DNA from: an uncultured Verrucomicrobiota bacterium
GTDB lineage: Bacteria > Verrucomicrobiota > Verrucomicrobiia > Limisphaerales > UBA1319
Assembly (NCBI GenBank): GCA_903845125.1
Contig: CAIMWS010000521.1
Coordinates: 7,069-71,068, forward strand
DNA: 64,000 bases
Direction: 5' to 3'
The notes under the pieces were generated by a model. It searched no databases. It saw only the letters and a list, made by a program, of their open reading frames with translations, and was not told the origin of the DNA. This document shows positions 60,126 to 64,000 of this stretch, in pieces. The first letter of the stretch is position 1, and each line of letters begins with the position of its first letter. The translations under genes were made by a program, and so were the position numbers.

Positions 60126-62060
60126 ATGGACAGAATTTTGCTCATCGATGACGACGAGGGTATCCGGCTGACGCTGGCTGGCGCTCTCGCCAGCTTGGGT
60201 TACCAGGTCGCAACCGCGGATTCAGGCCGCGCGGGACTCGCCCTCGCTGCCGAAGCACATCCGGACCTGGTTGTCTGCGACCTGGACATGCCAGCCATGC
60301 ACGGTTTTGAAGTCCTCGACGAATTCCGGCGCGATGACCGGCTGGCGGACATCCCCTTCCTGATCCTAACTGGCGACGAAGCCATGGAGCAGATGCGGCG
60401 CGGGATGAGCCGGGGCGCGGACGACTATCTCGTTAAAACCTGCAGCGCGGAGGAATTGATCGCCGCCATCAAGCTGCGGCTGGAACGGAAAAAATCCGAG
60501 CAACGCAAGCGGGAGGAACAGGTGTCCCACGCCTTGGAACTCTTCGCCCGGGCGATTCACGACTTGCGGGATCCCCTGTTCGTAATCCTGGGTTGTGCCG
60601 ACCACTTGCGCGCAGGCGATGGGCCGGAAACTGATGCGGCTTCTCCCGCGCCTTTGGTAGACCGCATCCAACTGGCGGCCGGCCGCATGCAGGCGATCGT
60701 AGCCGATATACTTTTCCTGACCAAATCCCGCCTTCACCGCCTGCCCTTTGTGCCTTGTGTATTCGATCTGCGCGATTTCTGCCACCAACTGGCCGCTGAC
60801 CACGAGGCCAGCCATCGGCTCCGTTTCGTAGCTGAAACGGCCTCCTGCCCGGTCAAGGCGGATCCCCTGCGGTTGCGCCAGGCCCTCGAAAACCTACTGG
60901 CCAACGCCTTGAAATATTCCGAGGGCATGGTCACCTTGCGCCTGGCGTCAAATCAGGGCTACGAAATCAGTGTGCGGGATGAAGGCCGGGGCATCCCTGC
61001 CGCGGAGCAGGACCGGCTGTTCACCCCTTTCTGGCGCGCCTCAAACACTGCCGGCAGGGAGGGGCATGGGCTTGGCTTATGTATTGTCAAATCCTGCGTC
61101 GAGCAACACCAGGGTAACATCCGGGTGGAAAGCGCAACCGGTCAAGGCACCACGGTAACGATCCGCCTGCCTGCTGCTTCTGAAGCAACGGCGCTGGCCA
61201 CCCGGCAAAGCGGGCCCCTGCCGCCGCCGGCTGCCAAAGTCATGCCATACCATTCCGCCCGCCCGCCCAGGCAAGGCCAGAGGCGGCAAAACAAATTGCG
61301 GGCGTTGCTGGTGGAGGATGATCCCCTGGTGAGGAGTGTGATGCGCGCCCTGCTTGAAAGCTCGGGGCAGGTGGAGGTGCTGGCCGAAGCGGAGCGCGTC
61401 TCCGAGGCACGTCTGCTGGCCAGCGCTCACAAACTGGATGTGGCTTTCCTGGACGTCAACCTCCCCGGGGGTTCAGGATTCGAGTTGCTCCCTTATCTCC
61501 AGCGCGGCGTGCGGGTGGTTTTCGTAACCAGCGCGGATGAATATGCCGCGCGTGCGTTCGATTGCGAAGCTACCGACTACCTGCTCAAGCCGGTCACCCG
61601 CGATCGCCTGGAACAAACCTTACTGAAAGTCCGGCACCAGCTTCAAGCCCGGGATCCCTCCGCTCCCCCCCCCCAAGCCCCGGCTGGATCCTTTCTAGTC
61701 AGAACCCTGACGGAGCGCAAAGTGGTTCCCTTCAGCAACATCAGATCCATCACCTCCTACGGTGAATACACCTGGGTTTACTGGGGGGAGGACGAACGCG
61801 CCATGCTGCGCAAATCCTTGCGGCAATGGGAAGCGGAATTGTCCACTGACCGTTTTGTACGGATTCACCGTCATGCCATCATTCATTTGGAATACCTCGA
61901 CCGGGTGGAAAAGCAAACCGGCGGACGGCTGCACGTCTATCTGCGCGGAGTTACAAAGGCGATCGAGGTGAGCCTCAGGCAAGCGGCCATTCTCAACAAA
62001 AAACTCAAACTATTCGCCAATTCTGCCGAATCAGAGCGCACACCACCTGCCGAGAACTAA
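60126..62060 (+). CDS. Cytoplasmic REC - histidine kinase - REC - LytTR fusion protein
   Basis: REC1 IDDD..CDLDMP; H-box IHDLRDPL; NLLANALKYS, DEGRG, GHGLGL; REC2 VEDD..FLDVNLP..YLLKP; LytTR SLRQWE..FVRIHRHAII. Confidence 0.85.
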   Translation: MDRILLIDDDEGIRLTLAGALASLGYQVATADSGRAGLALAAEAHPDLVVCDLDMPAMHGFEVLDEFRRDDRLADIPFLILTGDEAMEQMRRGMSRGADDYLVKTCSAEELIAAIKLRLERKKSEQRKREEQVSHALELFARAIHDLRDPLFVILGCADHLRAGDGPETDAASPAPLVDRIQLAAGRMQAIVADILFLTKSRLHRLPFVPCVFDLRDFCHQLAADHEASHRLRFVAETASCPVKADPLRLRQALENLLANALKYSEGMVTLRLASNQGYEISVRDEGRGIPAAEQDRLFTPFWRASNTAGREGHGLGLCIVKSCVEQHQGNIRVESATGQGTTVTIRLPAASEATALATRQSGPLPPPAAKVMPYHSARPPRQGQRRQNKLRALLVEDDPLVRSVMRALLESSGQVEVLAEAERVSEARLLASAHKLDVAFLDVNLPGGSGFELLPYLQRGVRVVFVTSADEYAARAFDCEATDYLLKPVTRDRLEQTLLKVRHQLQARDPSAPPPQAPAGSFLVRTLTERKVVPFSNIRSITSYGEYTWVYWGEDERAMLRKSLRQWEAELSTDRFVRIHRHAIIHLEYLDRVEKQTGGRLHVYLRGVTKAIEVSLRQAAILNKKLKLFANSAESERTPPAEN

Positions 62061-62351
62061 GCCTGGACCATGCACTTGGGGTGAAGAGTGATTGCGCCAC
62101 AGATTCTGGTGCCAGCCAAGAAATGAACGGCGAGGATCTCTGCATTGCTTTCACAGCACTGCAAGTGGCGAAAGACGAATGTCTTCAAAACGGTGCCAGA
62201 AGAATGGCGCGGCCAACAAGTCAATCGGGCGGGTGACACCCATCCGCCAACACCAACATTACGCCTTCTGACCGCCACAGGGGACGGCCTGCTTTGCCTA
62301 GAGGTCAATCAGAGATGTGCGAACCGGGTTTCGCCCCAACCGGCTCCGGAA

Positions 62352-63497
62352 TCAGTTGGCCGAACTCAGCGCCGGCGCTTCCGAAATAGGAAGGGTAAAC
62401 CAAAAGACGCTGCCCTTGCCAGGCTCGCTCTGGAGGCCGATGGTCCCACCATGGGTGTTGATGGCCAGCTTGCAAAAGGTCAGCCCCAAACCAGCACCAC
62501 GCTTTTTGAGGGTGGGATCCACCTGGCTGAATTTTTCAAAAATCCGGTCGTGCTGGGCGGCGGCTATACCCGGGCCTTGATCTGCCACTTCCACCCGTGC
62601 CACCCCATCAACCCGCCGGATGGAAACACGGACCTCACCCGTGGGGGGCGAGAATTTCTGAGCGTTACCAACCAGGTTACACACCACCCGATGCAGAACC
62701 TCCGGATCGTAAAGCGCCGGAACCGGCTCGGGAGCGTCAAATTCATAGCGCAGCTGGGGAGCCGCATCCTTGATGGAATCCATGGCCGACCGCACGGTTT
62801 GCGCCAGGTCGCCCGCATGGCGGGACAGAGGCATTTGCCCGGCCTCCAGGCGGCTGATATCGAGCATTTGGGTGGTCATGGTTTTCAGGCGGCCCACACT
62901 TTTCAGGGCGCTATCACGGACATTATCCTCGCTGGAATCGGTACCTGTTTTAGCGCCCGGCTTGTTAAAGCTCAAGGCCAGCTCGATGGTAAAAAGCGGG
63001 GTACGCATGTCGTGCACGATCATGTGCGTGAGGTTGTCCCGCAAGGCCTCGAGTTCCTTGAGCCGCTGGTAGCTTTCCGCCAGCTCGCGGCGCTGGCGGC
63101 GGAGTTCCAAATGAGTTCGCACCCGGGCTTCCACCTCGTCGAAGAAAAACGGCTTGGTCACGAAATCGACCGCGCCATGCTGAAAAGCTTTCAGCTTGTC
63201 ATCCGGACTGTTCATGGCGCTCAAGAAAAGGATCGGGATATCCTGCAGCTGCGGATCGGCCTTGAAATGCTCGCATACCTGGTAGCCGTTCATATCGGGC
63301 ATATTGATGTCCAGGAGCACCAAATCCGGCGCCAACTGGCGGGCGGCGCGCAGCGCCAGCTCTCCGCAAATGACCGGCCGCGGCTTGTAACCCCGTTTTT
63401 TGAGCATCTCGACCAGCAAGCGAAGGTTGGCCGGCTCATCATCCACGACGAGGATATTTGGTGCCGGCGGTTCGGTGACTGCAAGATTTGTGGTCAT
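62352..63497 (-). CDS. Hybrid response regulator - histidine kinase (REC-HisKA-HATPase)
   Basis: VVDDEP, LLDINMP, FVTKPF; IVHDMRTPL, NLVGNAQKF, DQGPG, GAGLGL. Confidence 0.9.
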   Translation of the reverse strand: MTTNLAVTEPPAPNILVVDDEPANLRLLVEMLKKRGYKPRPVICGELALRAARQLAPDLVLLDINMPDMNGYQVCEHFKADPQLQDIPILFLSAMNSPDDKLKAFQHGAVDFVTKPFFFDEVEARVRTHLELRRQRRELAESYQRLKELEALRDNLTHMIVHDMRTPLFTIELALSFNKPGAKTGTDSSEDNVRDSALKSVGRLKTMTTQMLDISRLEAGQMPLSRHAGDLAQTVRSAMDSIKDAAPQLRYEFDAPEPVPALYDPEVLHRVVCNLVGNAQKFSPPTGEVRVSIRRVDGVARVEVADQGPGIAAAQHDRIFEKFSQVDPTLKKRGAGLGLTFCKLAINTHGGTIGLQSEPGKGSVFWFTLPISEAPALSSAN

Positions 63498-63501
63498 GGT
63501 A

Positions 63502-64000
63502 TTATGATTCCTTCACAGCGGGGAGCATTTCCACCAGGTTTCGGAAATCGAAACGGTCCGCAAAACCGGCCAGGCTCTGTGCCAGCTGTGGATGGTAACG
63601 GCTCACGATGGCAATGGCCTCAGCGATCTGGTCGTAATCAGCCAGCGTCAAGGCATCGCGCAGGCGGCTTTGAACTGGCCCCGGCAGGCTGGCCAGATCC
63701 TCCCGCGACACTTTGGCCGGGACATTAAAATCTTCATGCGGCGCATTTCCGGCGCTCTGATTAACCTGGAACTCAATTCCTAAAAGATGGTGAATGCTGT
63801 CAAACAGGTCCGTCTCCCGGATGGGCTTGGCCAGATAAGCATCAGATCCCGCGGCGAGGGCCTGGATTTTATCCTCGGCGAAAGCGTTGGCGCTGATGGT
63901 GAGGATTTTCATTTCACGTCCGGCGGCGGCCGCGTCCGAGCGAATCTTGCGAATGGCTTCGTTGCCGTCCAATCCGGGCATCCGGGTGTCCATCAGGACC
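63502..64000 (-). CDS. C-terminal receiver region of a probable hybrid kinase, truncated by window edge
   Basis: Frame open to the edge: VLMDTRMP, SANAF, YLAKP, then a helical tail ending FDF..L. Confidence 0.75.
   Translation of the reverse strand, partial: VLMDTRMPGLDGNEAIRKIRSDAAAAGREMKILTISANAFAEDKIQALAAGSDAYLAKPIRETDLFDSIHHLLGIEFQVNQSAGNAPHEDFNVPAKVSREDLASLPGPVQSRLRDALTLADYDQIAEAIAIVSRYHPQLAQSLAGFADRFDFRNLVEMLPAVKES

Noticed and set aside
1-64000. CRISPR arrays, tRNA/rRNA genes, transposases, integrases
   Set aside because: None seen by eye in the intergenic gaps or ORF translations; short or degenerate elements could have been missed.

Overview
GC-rich bacterial window, most consistent with Verrucomicrobiota (Pedosphaera/Limisphaera-like). 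This assignment is inferred from the H-X9-DG prepilin-like gene, a PVC-type CxxCH protein, ASPIC/FG-GAP paralogs and a Verrucomicrobia-style C-terminal domain on a large secreted protein. About 38 CDS; no rRNA, tRNA, CRISPR or IS element was seen. Housekeeping genes (gspE/gspF, infC, alr, lysC, thiE, PfkB and ROK kinases, a Ski2-like helicase) are interleaved with envelope and glycan genes and a signalling block at 54-64 kb. The standout is a tightly coupled minus-strand cluster at about 11.5-25.3 kb whose products all look envelope-targeted. It encodes a hydrazine-synthase-alpha-like lipoprotein next to a beta-propeller + di-heme CcP/MauG-fold protein (HzsB+HzsC-like architecture, plus a third CxxCH), a stand-alone Reg_prop propeller, two orphan type-I binding proteins, a Tll0287/DUF3365 heme protein, a His-rich membrane protein and two CRTAC1/ASPIC proteins. 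This reads as an uncharacterised HZS-like periplasmic heme system in an apparently non-anammox organism. A second HzsA-like protein with an F5/8 module lies at 4.8-7.8 kb. Other points: an sxtK/I/J-like carbamoyltransferase cassette including a 50-aa gene missed by the ORF track, a REC-HK-REC-LytTR fusion, a nucleoside-hydrolase-fold/GH43 fusion, a 1305-aa internally duplicated secreted protein, and an orphan infC whose TTG start lies in a hairpin. All family calls come from motifs read by eye; no database search was run.
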